DNA of 63,105 nucleotides, counting the filler, from a bacterium (GTDB lineage: Bacteria; UBP15; UBA6099; JAJRTR01), in NCBI GenBank assembly GCA_024278215.1. It is 5 parts of 5 records of this genome, joined end to end, with 100 filler letters (N's around TTAATTAATTAA, not from the genome) between each part and the next. Parts side by side here need not be neighbours in the genome. Positions count along the whole stretch, not along the records: positions 1 to 22,426 come from JAJRTR010000096.1; positions 22,527 to 38,485 come from JAJRTR010000099.1; 3 more parts are not named here. One strand, written 5' to 3'. Positions 19,723-30,258 of the stretch are shown here, in pieces. Made by a program: the position numbers and the translations under genes. Positions within the stretch are counted from its first letter, which is position 1; each line of letters begins with the position of its first letter. The notes under the pieces were generated by a model. It was not told the DNA's origin and did not search any database. It saw only the letters and a program-made list of their open reading frames with translations.

Positions 19723-22062
19723 ATGCAATTTAAAGGACTTACGCTCGACCCGTTTCAGGAAGAAGCAATTCGCGCGGTGGATGCGAACCATTCGGTAATC
19801 GTAGCCGCGCCGACCGGAGCCGGAAAAACGGTTATCGCCGAATATGCGATTGAAAAAGCTATCAAAAATGACAGGCAGATAATATACACTGCGCCGATCA
19901 AAGCGCTGAGCAACCAGAAATACCGCGACTTTTCGCGCGATTATCCCGACAAGATCGGCATTATGACAGGCGATGTAATACTTAATCCGGAAGCGCCGAT
20001 CCTGATTATGACTACTGAAATATTCAGGAACATAATCTTCGACGCGGGCGCGAGCAGGCTTAAGGAAATCGAATCCGTAATATTCGACGAAATACATTAT
20101 ATAAACGACATCCAGCGCGGTACGGTGTGGGAAGAAAGCATAATTTTCGCGCCGCAGCACATTACGTTTATCTGCCTCAGCGCCACGATACCCAACTTCG
20201 ACGAGTTCGCGGACTGGATGCGCAGTGTGCGTGATAAGCCGATTCAGTCGGTAGTCGAGAAGCACCGTCCCGTGCCCCTCAAGATACATATATGGATACC
20301 CGGATTCGGATTCAGGGACATAAACTTCATCAAAAAGCTCGAGAAGGAAAAAAACAAATACAAGCGCTCGCGCAGGGCGACGAATGTTGATCTTGTATAC
20401 CACCTTCGGCGCGAGAAACAACTGCCGTGCCTGTATTTCCACTTCAGCAGGATAGGCTGCGAGGAGTATGCGCAGCATTTCAGGGGCATCAACCTGCTCG
20501 ATCATGACGAGCGGCGGCAGGTACTGTCTATATATGACGAGCTTTGCAAGCAATTCGGCGTGAGTCTCCGGGGGCAGGCGAACCTGATGCGAAACCTGCT
20601 GAAATCCGGTGTGGCGTTTCATCATGCAGGAGTGCTGCCCTCGCTCAAGGAGATACTCGAGCGCCTGTATACGATGGGCCTGATAAAACTCCTTTTCACA
20701 ACCGAAACATTCGCGGTCGGGATAAATATGCCGGCGCGCGCCGTGATCTTCAACAATATAATGAAGAACGACGGCATATCGTTTCGCTATCTCACAGCCC
20801 GCGAATTCCAGCAGATGTCGGGACGCGCAGGACGCAGGGGCATCGACGATGTCGGCTATGCCTACGCCTGCATCCAGCCGCGCGACGCCAACTACAAAGG
20901 TGTGCGGCAGTGCATGTCCAAAGACGCGGAGGACATTCAATCGCAGTTCAGCCTTTCATACTCGAGCATCCTGAATCTCTACGACACATTCGGCGACGCC
21001 GTCTATGAAGTCTGCGAGATGAGTTTCAACAATTTCAAAACCATCGCCCAGGTAAAGGGAATCAGGAAACACGCGGCAGGTGTCAGCAAACAGATCGACC
21101 GCCTGAAGCATTTCGATTGCCTGCACGGAGATTTCTCCGCACACTTCATGCCGTATATGGAAATTCGAGACCGATTCTTAAAGCTGGAAAAGAAAATCAA
21201 GATGCGGAAGAAAAAAAATAAGCCGCCGCGTTTCGAAGACATCGAACGGCTCAAGCAGATCAAGCATGAACTTGAAAATACTGCCTGCATGGCATGTAAG
21301 AAACGGAAAGTCTGCCTGGGTATTCACAAAAAGATCAAAAGGCATGAGCTGCAACTCAAGGATTACAACGACGAGATATACGAAGTCGAAAACTCACAGA
21401 AGAGCATACTCGAGCGGCGCGTCAACTTCCTCAAAAAACTCGGCTATGTCGACGACAAGGGCCTTCTGCCTCGCGGTCGTATAGCATCGCAGATATTCGG
21501 CTATGAGATAGTATTCACCGAACTTTATTTCGACGGCATATTCGAGGTGCTGGACGAGCGCGCTATGAATGTCCTCGTATGCTCGATAGTGTTCGAGTCG
21601 CGCCGCGGGGCAAAATATCGGAAGCTCAACGACCAGGTTATCGCGGCAAAGCTCCGCAGGGCCGAGGACACTGTAAGCTGGCTCATGCGCAAAGAGATGG
21701 AAGAAGATGTGCCCGGCCTGATCAAGCCGCTCGACCCAAAACTTAATAAGGCTGTTTACGAATGGTCTTCAGGGTGCAGTTTTGAAGACCTTAAGAAGTT
21801 CACATCCGGCGACGAAGGCGATCTCGTAAGGTCGTTCCGGCTGATTGTGGACTTCCTGCGACAACTCAAACGGGCGATAAACGAACCGATCTTCAGGACG
21901 AAAGTCGACAAGTGTGTCGCGCTTATGTACCGCGATGTGGTCGATGCCGAAGCGCAACTTAAAACAGACCTTAAAACGGAAGACAGGCAAGAATCAACGC
22001 ATGAGGAAAACAGGATACGGGAATTATCCGCAGGTGAAGCGAAAAAAAGCGAAAACAGATAA
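19723..22062 (+). CDS. Ski2/HelY-like DEAH-box RNA helicase
   Basis: APTGAGKT, PIKALSNQK, DEIH, SAT, QMSGRAGRRG, C-terminal DEGDLVR (DSHCT-like). Confidence 0.92.
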   Translation: MQFKGLTLDPFQEEAIRAVDANHSVIVAAPTGAGKTVIAEYAIEKAIKNDRQIIYTAPIKALSNQKYRDFSRDYPDKIGIMTGDVILNPEAPILIMTTEIFRNIIFDAGASRLKEIESVIFDEIHYINDIQRGTVWEESIIFAPQHITFICLSATIPNFDEFADWMRSVRDKPIQSVVEKHRPVPLKIHIWIPGFGFRDINFIKKLEKEKNKYKRSRRATNVDLVYHLRREKQLPCLYFHFSRIGCEEYAQHFRGINLLDHDERRQVLSIYDELCKQFGVSLRGQANLMRNLLKSGVAFHHAGVLPSLKEILERLYTMGLIKLLFTTETFAVGINMPARAVIFNNIMKNDGISFRYLTAREFQQMSGRAGRRGIDDVGYAYACIQPRDANYKGVRQCMSKDAEDIQSQFSLSYSSILNLYDTFGDAVYEVCEMSFNNFKTIAQVKGIRKHAAGVSKQIDRLKHFDCLHGDFSAHFMPYMEIRDRFLKLEKKIKMRKKKNKPPRFEDIERLKQIKHELENTACMACKKRKVCLGIHKKIKRHELQLKDYNDEIYEVENSQKSILERRVNFLKKLGYVDDKGLLPRGRIASQIFGYEIVFTELYFDGIFEVLDERAMNVLVCSIVFESRRGAKYRKLNDQVIAAKLRRAEDTVSWLMRKEMEEDVPGLIKPLDPKLNKAVYEWSSGCSFEDLKKFTSGDEGDLVRSFRLIVDFLRQLKRAINEPIFRTKVDKCVALMYRDVVDAEAQLKTDLKTEDRQESTHEENRIRELSAGEAKKSENR

Positions 22063-22426
22063 TCCTGACCCGGTTCTTATGAGTATGTATGATGCGATGC
22101 TCGGATGTTTCGGGCCGCGCAACTGGTGGCCGGCGCGAACAAATTTCGAAGTATGCGTCGGTGCGATACTGACGCAGAATACCGCGTGGCGCAACGTCCG
22201 GCGGGCGATCGCGAATATTCGGGCCGACAAATCTCTCAATCTTAAAAGAATAAACGAGATGCCTGCTGATGAACTCGCACGGCTTATTGTGCCCGCGGGC
22301 TACTACAATATCAAGGCCCGGCGGCTGAAAAACTTCACTGGAATGGTCACTGAAAAATACGGCGGCTCGCTTGCGAAACTTTTTAAATTGCCGGTTATGC
22401 AGTTGCGCGAAGAACTGCTCGCTGTA
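22001..22426 (+). CDS. Endonuclease III-related HhH-GPD protein, truncated by contig end
   Basis: GPRNWWPA, GAILTQNTAWRNV, PAGYYNIKARRL; start uncertain. Confidence 0.85.
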
Positions 22427-22526
22427 NNNNNNNNNNNNNNNNNNNNNNNNNNNNNNNNNNNNNNNNNNNNTTAATTAATTAANNNNNNNNNNNNNNNNNN
22501 NNNNNNNNNNNNNNNNNNNNNNNNNN
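22427..22526. other. Artificial contig linker (also 38486-38585, 57822-57921, 61110-61209)
   Basis: N-run + TTAATTAATTAA + N-run, 100 bp each. Confidence 0.97.
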
Positions 22527-23874
22527 ATTTCATCGTAAGGTCTTTTGCGCGTTCCGCCGCGTTCATTATCTCTTTCATCTCGAAATGGCCGGTGTCGTTT
22601 TCCTTCAGGTGTCTGAGGGCAAGTTTTGCGTTTCCCATAATCACGGCCAGCATGTTGTTGAAATCATGGGCGATGCCGCCGGACAGCAGCCCCACCGCTT
22701 CCATCTTCTGCGAATGCAGCAACTGTTGCTGCAACGCATCCTTTTCTTTTTGATACCTGATTCGGTCGGAAACATCTATTACCCCGGCAATGGCGCATAG
22801 ATAGTTCCCGTTTTCATCCATAACGGGAGATACCGACATGTGGGTATATATTTTTCGCCCGTCACTGTGGCGGAACTCGAAATTATAATTCTTATCCGCC
22901 TTCTGCTCACCTCTTTCAATAAGAGCCCTGACCCGCCCACTCTGTTCGTCGTCCATGAAATCAAAAAGCTTTTTCCCTATCATATCCTCGACTTCATAGC
23001 CGAGCATCTCCGCCATTTTTGCATTTACGTATGTCGTATTGCTTCCACAGTCGACAACCAGAACTCCTTCCTGGATGTTCTCGACAAGAAACCTGTATTT
23101 CTCTTCACTTTCGGCAAGCGATTTCTGCGCGATCTTTCTCTGTGTTATATCCCGCAAGGATACGAGACAGCTCGTTCTCTCCTCCCATTCTATCTCGACC
23201 GTTCTGACTTCCGCCACCACATGCCTGTTGCTGGAACCGTTGAATTCGATTTCGACAGTACTGTTCAGGACCACTTTATACGGAAACCTTGAACCGACCA
23301 GAAGCTCGCGTTTTTTCGACAGCATCTTCTCGGCGGCGGGATTGACGAAAAGTATTATATTATGTTCGTCAAGCACAAGCATCGCGTCTGCATTGCTCGA
23401 TATAAGATTTCTGAACCGTGCCTCACGTGATCGGAGTTCGGTTTCACTGGCATGCAGTTCGATAATCTTTGTCGAAAGATCGAGATATATACTGAAGCGT
23501 TCAATGGAATACTTTAGTGAGCGCTTCAGTAGTTCGAAGTTCAACTGGTTCTTCGGCAGAAAGTCCTGCGCACCGCAATGCAACGCTTCTATCCCCGACT
23601 GGTCGTCCTCATGATCTGTGAGCACGATGACTGGAACATCGCATATCTCCAGCCTCAAACTTCTTAGTGTGTCCAGGCCCATACTGTCGGGAAGATTGAG
23701 GTCGAGAAGTATGATGTCGCACCGGCATTCACCGAAAAGCTTTATGGCGCTTTCGAGATCGTCGGCTTTTTCGAGTCGAAAATCCAACCCGGACATGTTG
23801 AGCATCTCCTCGATGAGCCGCTTATCGCTCATGCCGTTCTCGATCAGAAGGATGCAGATTCCTTTTTCACTCAT
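22527..23874 (-). CDS. Receiver-PAS-PAS histidine kinase, truncated by contig end
   Basis: N-terminal REC (LLDLNLPDS), PAS domains, QKMEAVGLLSGGIAHDFNN H-box. Confidence 0.9.
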
Positions 23875-24409
23875 GGAATTACCAATCAAAAACAAAGTTA
23901 CGAACGCTTGATCGTTCAGTCCAAATACGTCCCGGTGCAAAGCTCCGGAGTATGGTAAAACAATGTCTTGATGAGCCCGCATAATGATTATAGACTAATA
24001 TTTCACTTTTTTATCTAGGCAAAAAGACCAAAATACACTGTCCTTTGGACAGTATGGTATTGTGTCGAGTATATATCTGTCATGTCATGACATGTGGTAA
24101 AATATCAAAATACATGTAAATTTACCTTTTACAAAGGCATGTTTTACCGCATAAGCAGTAACCGGAAGAACGAAAAAGGATGAGATAAAAGAGAAAATGC
24201 GTCAAGCGAAGTTGCTTATATTTACAAATATTCCAATTGATATTTTTGAGTGTATGTGCTATAATATAAAAATTCATTAGAAAAGTTGATCTTGAAAATC
24301 ACTGCAGGCCGGGCCGGGTACAACAAACAATAGACATTTCTGAGAAAAAGGTTCGGTCGGAAATTGCATGTAAATACTATGGTTCCTGCATGTAATTGTA
24401 TCGAGGAGC

Positions 24410-25810
24410 ATGAATATGGCAGTCATGGACAGGAAGAACACGATACTTGTCATTGATGACGAAGAGCGCATATTGAGCTTGATGAAACGATTTCTGGAGA
24501 GCGAGAACTTCAGGGTTGAAACAGAATTTCAGGCGGAAAAAGCGCTCGAGTTCATGATGAAAAATCAGGTGGACCTGGTGCTTGTCGACCTGCGGCTGTC
24601 CGGAATGCCCGGCGATGAATTAGTCAGGGCAATGAAAGAGATGAAGTATCCCGCCGAGGTGATCGTCATATCAGGTTATGGAACTGTCGAGTCCGCTGTG
24701 GAAACGATAAAACAGGGGGCATACGACTTTATTGAGAAACCGATAAACCTGGACAGACTGTTGCTTACAATTAAAAATGCTCTTCAAAAAGGCAATCTCG
24801 AAAATAAGATCGCTTTTCTTGAGAGTAAGATAAAGAACTACATGGAGCTCGACGGCGTCATAGGCAACAGTGAGTCATTCGTGGAAACAAAAAAACTCGC
24901 GAAACAACTTGCGAATACCGATGTCAATCTATTAATCACTGGTGAGAGTGGAACCGGGAAAGAGGTTTTTTCGAGGGCCATACACAATGCGAGCAAAAGA
25001 GGCGACGGCCCGCTTATTGCTGTCAACTGCGGAGCCATTCCGGATAACCTTCTCGAATCCGAGCTTTTCGGCCACGAAAAGGGAGCCTTCAGCGGTGCAG
25101 TAGCCCGAAGAATAGGTCACTTCGAAAATGCCGATGGCGGTACTATCTTCCTGGATGAAGTCAGCGAACTACCCATCTCTCTTCAGGTGAAATTACTTCG
25201 CATGGTGCAGGAGAAGGAAATCATGCGTCTGGGTAGTTCGCACCCGGTTAAAGTCGACTGCCGTATCATTTCGGCAACCAACCGTGATCTCGAAACAGAA
25301 GTTGCCGAGCATAGATTCCGTGAAGACCTCTATTACCGTTTGAATGTCATTGAATTGAGGATCCCGCCTCTGCGGGAACGGCTGGATGATGTGCCCCTGC
25401 TCGTCAATCATTTCCTGAAGAAGTATGCCGATAACGAAATGAAGGTCAGCAAGGATGTTATGGACATATTACAGTCCCATCACTGGCCCGGCAATGTAAG
25501 AGAACTCGAAAATATCATCCAGAGAGCGGTTGCGCTTACTACAGAAAAAATCATTTCCAGAGAAGTACTGCCGGATAAACTTCTGAAACGCAGGCAGCAA
25601 AAACATTTTGATATGCAATTCTGCTCGACCGATTACAAACAGGCGCAGCAGATAGTTATCGACAGCTTCGAGAGGGAGTTCCTCACAAAAGCATTGCGTC
25701 GACACAACGGCAATATATCCAAATGCGCTGATGAGATGGGACTTGTAAGACAGACCCTCCACAAAATGCTCAACAAACACGACATCGACGCCCGCGCTTT
25801 CAAACATTAG
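24410..25810 (+). CDS. Sigma-54-dependent response regulator (NtrC family)
   Basis: REC domain, GESGTGKE, ESELFGHEKGAFSGA, WPGNVRELEN, Fis-type HTH. Confidence 0.95.
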   Translation: MNMAVMDRKNTILVIDDEERILSLMKRFLESENFRVETEFQAEKALEFMMKNQVDLVLVDLRLSGMPGDELVRAMKEMKYPAEVIVISGYGTVESAVETIKQGAYDFIEKPINLDRLLLTIKNALQKGNLENKIAFLESKIKNYMELDGVIGNSESFVETKKLAKQLANTDVNLLITGESGTGKEVFSRAIHNASKRGDGPLIAVNCGAIPDNLLESELFGHEKGAFSGAVARRIGHFENADGGTIFLDEVSELPISLQVKLLRMVQEKEIMRLGSSHPVKVDCRIISATNRDLETEVAEHRFREDLYYRLNVIELRIPPLRERLDDVPLLVNHFLKKYADNEMKVSKDVMDILQSHHWPGNVRELENIIQRAVALTTEKIISREVLPDKLLKRRQQKHFDMQFCSTDYKQAQQIVIDSFEREFLTKALRRHNGNISKCADEMGLVRQTLHKMLNKHDIDARAFKH

Positions 25811-26003
25811 TTCCCATACCGTTCAGTAAAGACTCGATGGTGCTCAAAAACTTGTCTCTGTTCGCACCGTTCAGCTACTGTGTTGTGTCAACGATGAAAA
25901 GACGTAAGAAGAAATGTAGCGGAATGAATAGAAAAAGTGCAGGACGCAGTCACCACCCCCGCGCCGTAAAAAAGCTGAGAACATGAAGGGTATATGGCTT
26001 ATT

Positions 26004-26179
26004 GAGCCAATTGCGAAATTCAGTTCTACTACTTCCGTCTGCAATTGCTCCGAGCCGCGTTATCGGCGCGAAATCTTCCTCGACGTACTATATAGTACGC
26101 CTGCGGGGATTTCGCGTCTCTGCCTTGCTCGGAATAATTTCGCTCGGACTCGTCACAAACGTAATTTTGCAATTGGCTC
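26004..26179 (-). mobile_element. MITE family A, complete diverged copy
   Basis: Both TIRs; TSD TATT. Confidence 0.85.
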
Positions 26180-26736
26180 TATTGCCTGCCGTCATAGATA
26201 AATGACTTTGCAGAAGAATCAGCAGAATCGTCGCGAGGCACTATTTTCACTGATATGTGAGGCCCCATCGCCATAGACCTGCCGACACTGTCGACTGTAT
26301 ACGAATACTCGGCGTTTGTTTTTTGCGCTATGATATCCAGCAATTCCGACACCTTGATCCGCGTTATCGTATTTATCGAAACCTCTTTGCCGATCAATTC
26401 CGGATCACAATTTATGACCATATTATCTGTTTTCGATTCGATGAGATCAATGACCGAACCGACGCTTATGTGCTGCTCCCTTATCGGCTGAAGCTGCTTC
26501 TCGAGTCCGACGGGCCTTATGTGGTATGCACCAATGACTATCCAGAAAACCATGAAAAAATTAAATTGCGCCGCGCTCGATTCGCTGTTTCGGAAATCTG
26601 CGGAAAAGGCGTAACGCAGGATATACAAAATCGGCAGGATAATAAAAACCGGAAGCGCGAGGTGGCCGTAGGGAACCCACACGACCAGCACCCCGATGAT
26701 TATTGCTGCTGCTACTGGTATGATAAATCCCTTCAT
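26179..26736 (-). CDS. Hypothetical membrane protein
   Basis: Three hydrophobic segments then soluble domain; GGAG RBS. Confidence 0.6.
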   Translation of the reverse strand: MKGFIIPVAAAIIIGVLVVWVPYGHLALPVFIILPILYILRYAFSADFRNSESSAAQFNFFMVFWIVIGAYHIRPVGLEKQLQPIREQHISVGSVIDLIESKTDNMVINCDPELIGKEVSINTITRIKVSELLDIIAQKTNAEYSYTVDSVGRSMAMGPHISVKIVPRDDSADSSAKSFIYDGRQ

Positions 26737-26794
26737 GTTACTCCAATCCTTATTCTGTGTAGTTGCTGTTGCTTACATCGCTATCAGAGCCTGC

Positions 26795-27517
26795 TCAGAA
26801 GCCGCGGATTTCCTGCAGGTTTGTCCGCGCTACATTGCCGATCTCGCCGAAAGGCGCCATGCGCAGCACTTCTTTGAAACATTCCTCGGCCTTTTTGCTC
26901 TCACCGAGTTGCCTGTACAACATTCCGAGATTAAGCCTCGCAGGGACAAAGAAGCTGCTTTTCTCGAGCACTTCCCGGTAGCCGTTTTCCGCGCCCGTCA
27001 GGTCGCCCTTCTGGTGCGCTTCGGACGCTTCTTCATATTTGTCCATCACGACATTCCGGACTTCAAGCTCGAAGAAACTGTTTATCCCGATATTCAACAG
27101 GATTGTCGCGAACGGCGCTAATGCGAATCCCGCAATGGTGAGCGCGGTAGCCGTAAGGAACGGCATATCCACAATGACCCTGCCCTGGTATTTGATGCGA
27201 ACGCGGGTCAGGTTGGTCTGGCTCATCACTTCACGAAACACTTCCTGCAGACGCTGTCCACTGACTTCATAGACATCGGAGACATAGTCGTCCATGGAAC
27301 CGGCACCGCTGTGGTACTGTCTCATCGCTATGTCGTAGTCACGGCGCCTGTCGGGATCGGACAGAACCTGGTAGGCACGATTCACGAGATGGAACCTCTC
27401 GGCATCTCCGTTTCCCAGGTCGGGATGCACCTGTTTCGCAAGTGTTCGGTAAGCTTTTTTTATGTCGTCCGGCCCGGCGTTTTCCTGCAAGCCGAGTACT
27501 TTATAAAAATTTTCCAT
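26795..27517 (-). CDS. DnaJ-domain protein with C-terminal TPR
   Basis: IKKAYRTLAKQVHPD J-domain; ARLNLGMLY TPR. Confidence 0.85.
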   Translation of the reverse strand: MENFYKVLGLQENAGPDDIKKAYRTLAKQVHPDLGNGDAERFHLVNRAYQVLSDPDRRRDYDIAMRQYHSGAGSMDDYVSDVYEVSGQRLQEVFREVMSQTNLTRVRIKYQGRVIVDMPFLTATALTIAGFALAPFATILLNIGINSFFELEVRNVVMDKYEEASEAHQKGDLTGAENGYREVLEKSSFFVPARLNLGMLYRQLGESKKAEECFKEVLRMAPFGEIGNVARTNLQEIRGF

Positions 27518-27519
27518 TT

Positions 27520-28437
27520 TCAGAGCACTTTCGGTTCGTAGCCGAGAACTTCCCTTGCACGGGTCGTATCCACGGCAAACGTAAATTTCAGGAAATCGAG
27601 ATTGAACGGGAAACTATGCTGCCGCTTCGAATAAAAGTAGAACTTATAAAATGTTTTTAATCCGATCTCGGGGAGCGGCAATGATTTCTTTCCGAAACGA
27701 TGTATCACTTCCGTCAGTGGTTCCGTGCGTTTTCCGGCAATATTGAAGATGCCTTCAGCGTCCTCATTTGTCACCGCAAGTTCGAGAGCCTGCGTGACAT
27801 CATCCTGGTGCATCACCTGGAACATCGGGTCGAAACCCATGACCATCGGCACGAAATCGCCTTTAAACAAAGTGTTCATGGGCGCGCGGACATCGTTGCC
27901 GACGATTGCGCAACATCTCAGAATAAGTATCCTAGGTAATATGCCCGGATGCATATTCATCTGGCATGTCATGTCTGTTTCTATCTTGTTGCGGATCGTT
28001 GCGGATTCGCGGTCGCCGCGAAGCGGCATGTCCTCGGTGAGCAGCGCGGGGTTGTCCGGGTTAGCTCCGTAAACGATAGTCGGACTTTTATAGACAAATT
28101 TTTTTACACCGTATTTCCTGGCCAGCCGTATCATTCGCAGGGTGCCGAAAACATTTGTCTCCTCGACTTCCCGCGCGGCATGATCGGGACTGTTGTCATA
28201 AGCCATGTGCACCATGACGTCGATACCGGGATTGCGCTGGAACACCTCTTCGACTCGCTTTTTGCGTGTGTCGCCGACGAACAGATCAAACTTCTGGTCA
28301 TCATCAAATTCGACTTCCTCATCATCGAAATCTTCTTTGCTCAGGCCAATAATTTTTTTTACCTTCGGGTTTTCCTCAAGCTGTCTGATGAGCAACTTGC
28401 CGAACCCGCCTGTCGCGCCCGTAACCAGTACTTTCAA
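27520..28437 (-). CDS. NAD-dependent epimerase/dehydratase
   Basis: VLVTGATGGFG, NVFGT, VYGA; TTG start inferred. Confidence 0.85.
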   Translation of the reverse strand: MKVLVTGATGGFGKLLIRQLEENPKVKKIIGLSKEDFDDEEVEFDDDQKFDLFVGDTRKKRVEEVFQRNPGIDVMVHMAYDNSPDHAAREVEETNVFGTLRMIRLARKYGVKKFVYKSPTIVYGANPDNPALLTEDMPLRGDRESATIRNKIETDMTCQMNMHPGILPRILILRCCAIVGNDVRAPMNTLFKGDFVPMVMGFDPMFQVMHQDDVTQALELAVTNEDAEGIFNIAGKRTEPLTEVIHRFGKKSLPLPEIGLKTFYKFYFYSKRQHSFPFNLDFLKFTFAVDTTRAREVLGYEPKVL

Positions 28438-28676
28438 AGCCGCCCCCGTTGATACTGTTTCATTATGAGAAATACAATATCCCCCCGGCCTCGCGCCGGA
28501 ACTCATTCGATTCTATGACAAAAAGCAGGAAGCGTCAACAATCTTCAACAAGCGGAAGTATGGTGTCAGGCTGTGAAAGGCTGTTGATAAGAGAGGGCTC
28601 GTTCAGGTGCCTTACCGCTCCGGTCTTTCCCTCCTCGGCCCGGCACACACCCGCCCCGTGCATTAGAAATATCATA

Positions 28677-28854
28677 GAGCTAATTGCAAAATCATGTTTG
28701 TAGCGAGATCGAGCGAAATTGTTAAGAGTAAGGCGGAGGTGAAAAATCCTCGCAGGCGTACTTGTAGAGTACATCTAGGAGGATTTCGCGCCGACAACGC
28801 AGCTATGGACAATAGCAGCCGACCGCAGTAGAATCAGAATTTTGCAATTGGCTC
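28677..28854 (+). mobile_element. MITE family A, complete copy
   Basis: Both TIRs; TSD CATA. Confidence 0.9.
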
Positions 28855-29076
28855 CATAGAATAGCTTTCCCGGGAATTTGATCGGTTTATCCGTTTGTTA
28901 TTGACTCCTTTGTTCTTGATTGTTCTGTGTCCATGCCTGATAAATGTAGTAATCTTATGCATAAAAAAAATACTCATTATTTTTTTTAGTAGTGTTATTG
29001 ATACTATTACTCTTTTCATTATTATTATTCAACGGTTCTCGTACAGACATGAAAAACACAGAGAGGATAACCGCAG

Positions 29077-29886
29077 ATGAATATCGAAGGTATGACAAGT
29101 TATGTTTCAGCACTCTTATTGGATTATGGCATGAAGATCGTAGGGGCAGTAATAATATTTTTCATCGGTAGTGTCTTGATAGGAAAGATAAGAGAAATAG
29201 TACGGCGTAAAATGCGTGCCAGGAATGTTGATGTCACACTGCGTCGATTCACGGTTTCCGCAATATCGACAGTATTATGGATACTGGTGGTACTCGCAGT
29301 GCTCGCGAAATTCGGGGTCGAGATCGCGCCTATGATCGCGGGTCTGGGGGTCGCTGGTTTCGCTATCGGCTTCGCGGTTCAGGGGTCGCTTTCGAACTTT
29401 GCTTCCGGGATCATGCTGATCATTCTCAAACCGTTTAAGCTTGATGATCTTATTGAAGCAGGCGGTGAGCTAGGCGTTGTTAAAGAAATAGGGCTCATGA
29501 CTTGTGTTCTTGCCACTCTGGACAACCAGAAGGTTATCATTCCTAACGCGAAGCTTTTCGGCGACACGATCAAGAATATCACCGGTTACGACACGAGACG
29601 TGTCGATATGTCGATTGGAATCAGTTACGACAGTGATATTACAGCCGCGCAGGAAATAATAACCAGTACGCTTCTCGAACATCCGGATGTGTTGAAAGAG
29701 CGAGGAACGACTGTGGAGGTTGTGGAACTGGCCGATTCGAGTGTGAACTTCACAGTACGCGCATGGTGCAAAACAGAAAATTACTGGAATGTATTTTTCG
29801 GCTGCAATAAAAATATCAAATACGCTCTGGACAAGGCCGGCATTGAAATTCCATTCCCCCAGATGACTGTCTGGACCAAAAATTAA
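29077..29886 (+). CDS. mscS: Small-conductance mechanosensitive channel
   Basis: AIGFAVQGSLSNFASG, DNQKVIIPN, GIEIPFPQ. Confidence 0.92.
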   Translation: MNIEGMTSYVSALLLDYGMKIVGAVIIFFIGSVLIGKIREIVRRKMRARNVDVTLRRFTVSAISTVLWILVVLAVLAKFGVEIAPMIAGLGVAGFAIGFAVQGSLSNFASGIMLIILKPFKLDDLIEAGGELGVVKEIGLMTCVLATLDNQKVIIPNAKLFGDTIKNITGYDTRRVDMSIGISYDSDITAAQEIITSTLLEHPDVLKERGTTVEVVELADSSVNFTVRAWCKTENYWNVFFGCNKNIKYALDKAGIEIPFPQMTVWTKN

Positions 29887-30258
29887 CAGCCATATACGCA
29901 TAGGGAGCGGGTTGTATCAGGAACAGGTTTTCGTTCAGCTGCTTTTTAATGATGTATAGAAAGCCTGGATTTGTCATGATTTTCAGGCTCTATTTCCCTT
30001 TAAGCGACAGATATTGGGGGGCTTTGCAAACCTCTGTTTAGCCTCCGACACGCAATATTTCTCTACCAACACCAATTAGCGAAGAGGCAATAACATCGGC
30101 TTGAATTTGGAGTGCGACAATTTATTGTCGTTTTCGCGGACGGGAGTTGATTCCCGGCGGAAAGGCAAGTGGGTTCCCTGCTCGCACAGCATGACCGGTA
30201 TCGGGGCTGACACGGCGTATCGCGCTGCGCTTTTTGCAATCGGCTCTGTGTGTGTTTG

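Noticed and set aside
22427-22526. TTAATTAATTAA palindromes and ORFs running through N-runs
   Set aside because: Artificial linkers; cross-linker adjacency (e.g. CRISPR array next to the trp operon) has no biological meaning.
30109-30246. REP-like TGGAGTGCG motif (complement near 32781) and a lone MITE-like TIR TTTTGCAATCGGCTC
   Set aside because: Fragments too short and degenerate to define an element bracketing the sigma factor gene.
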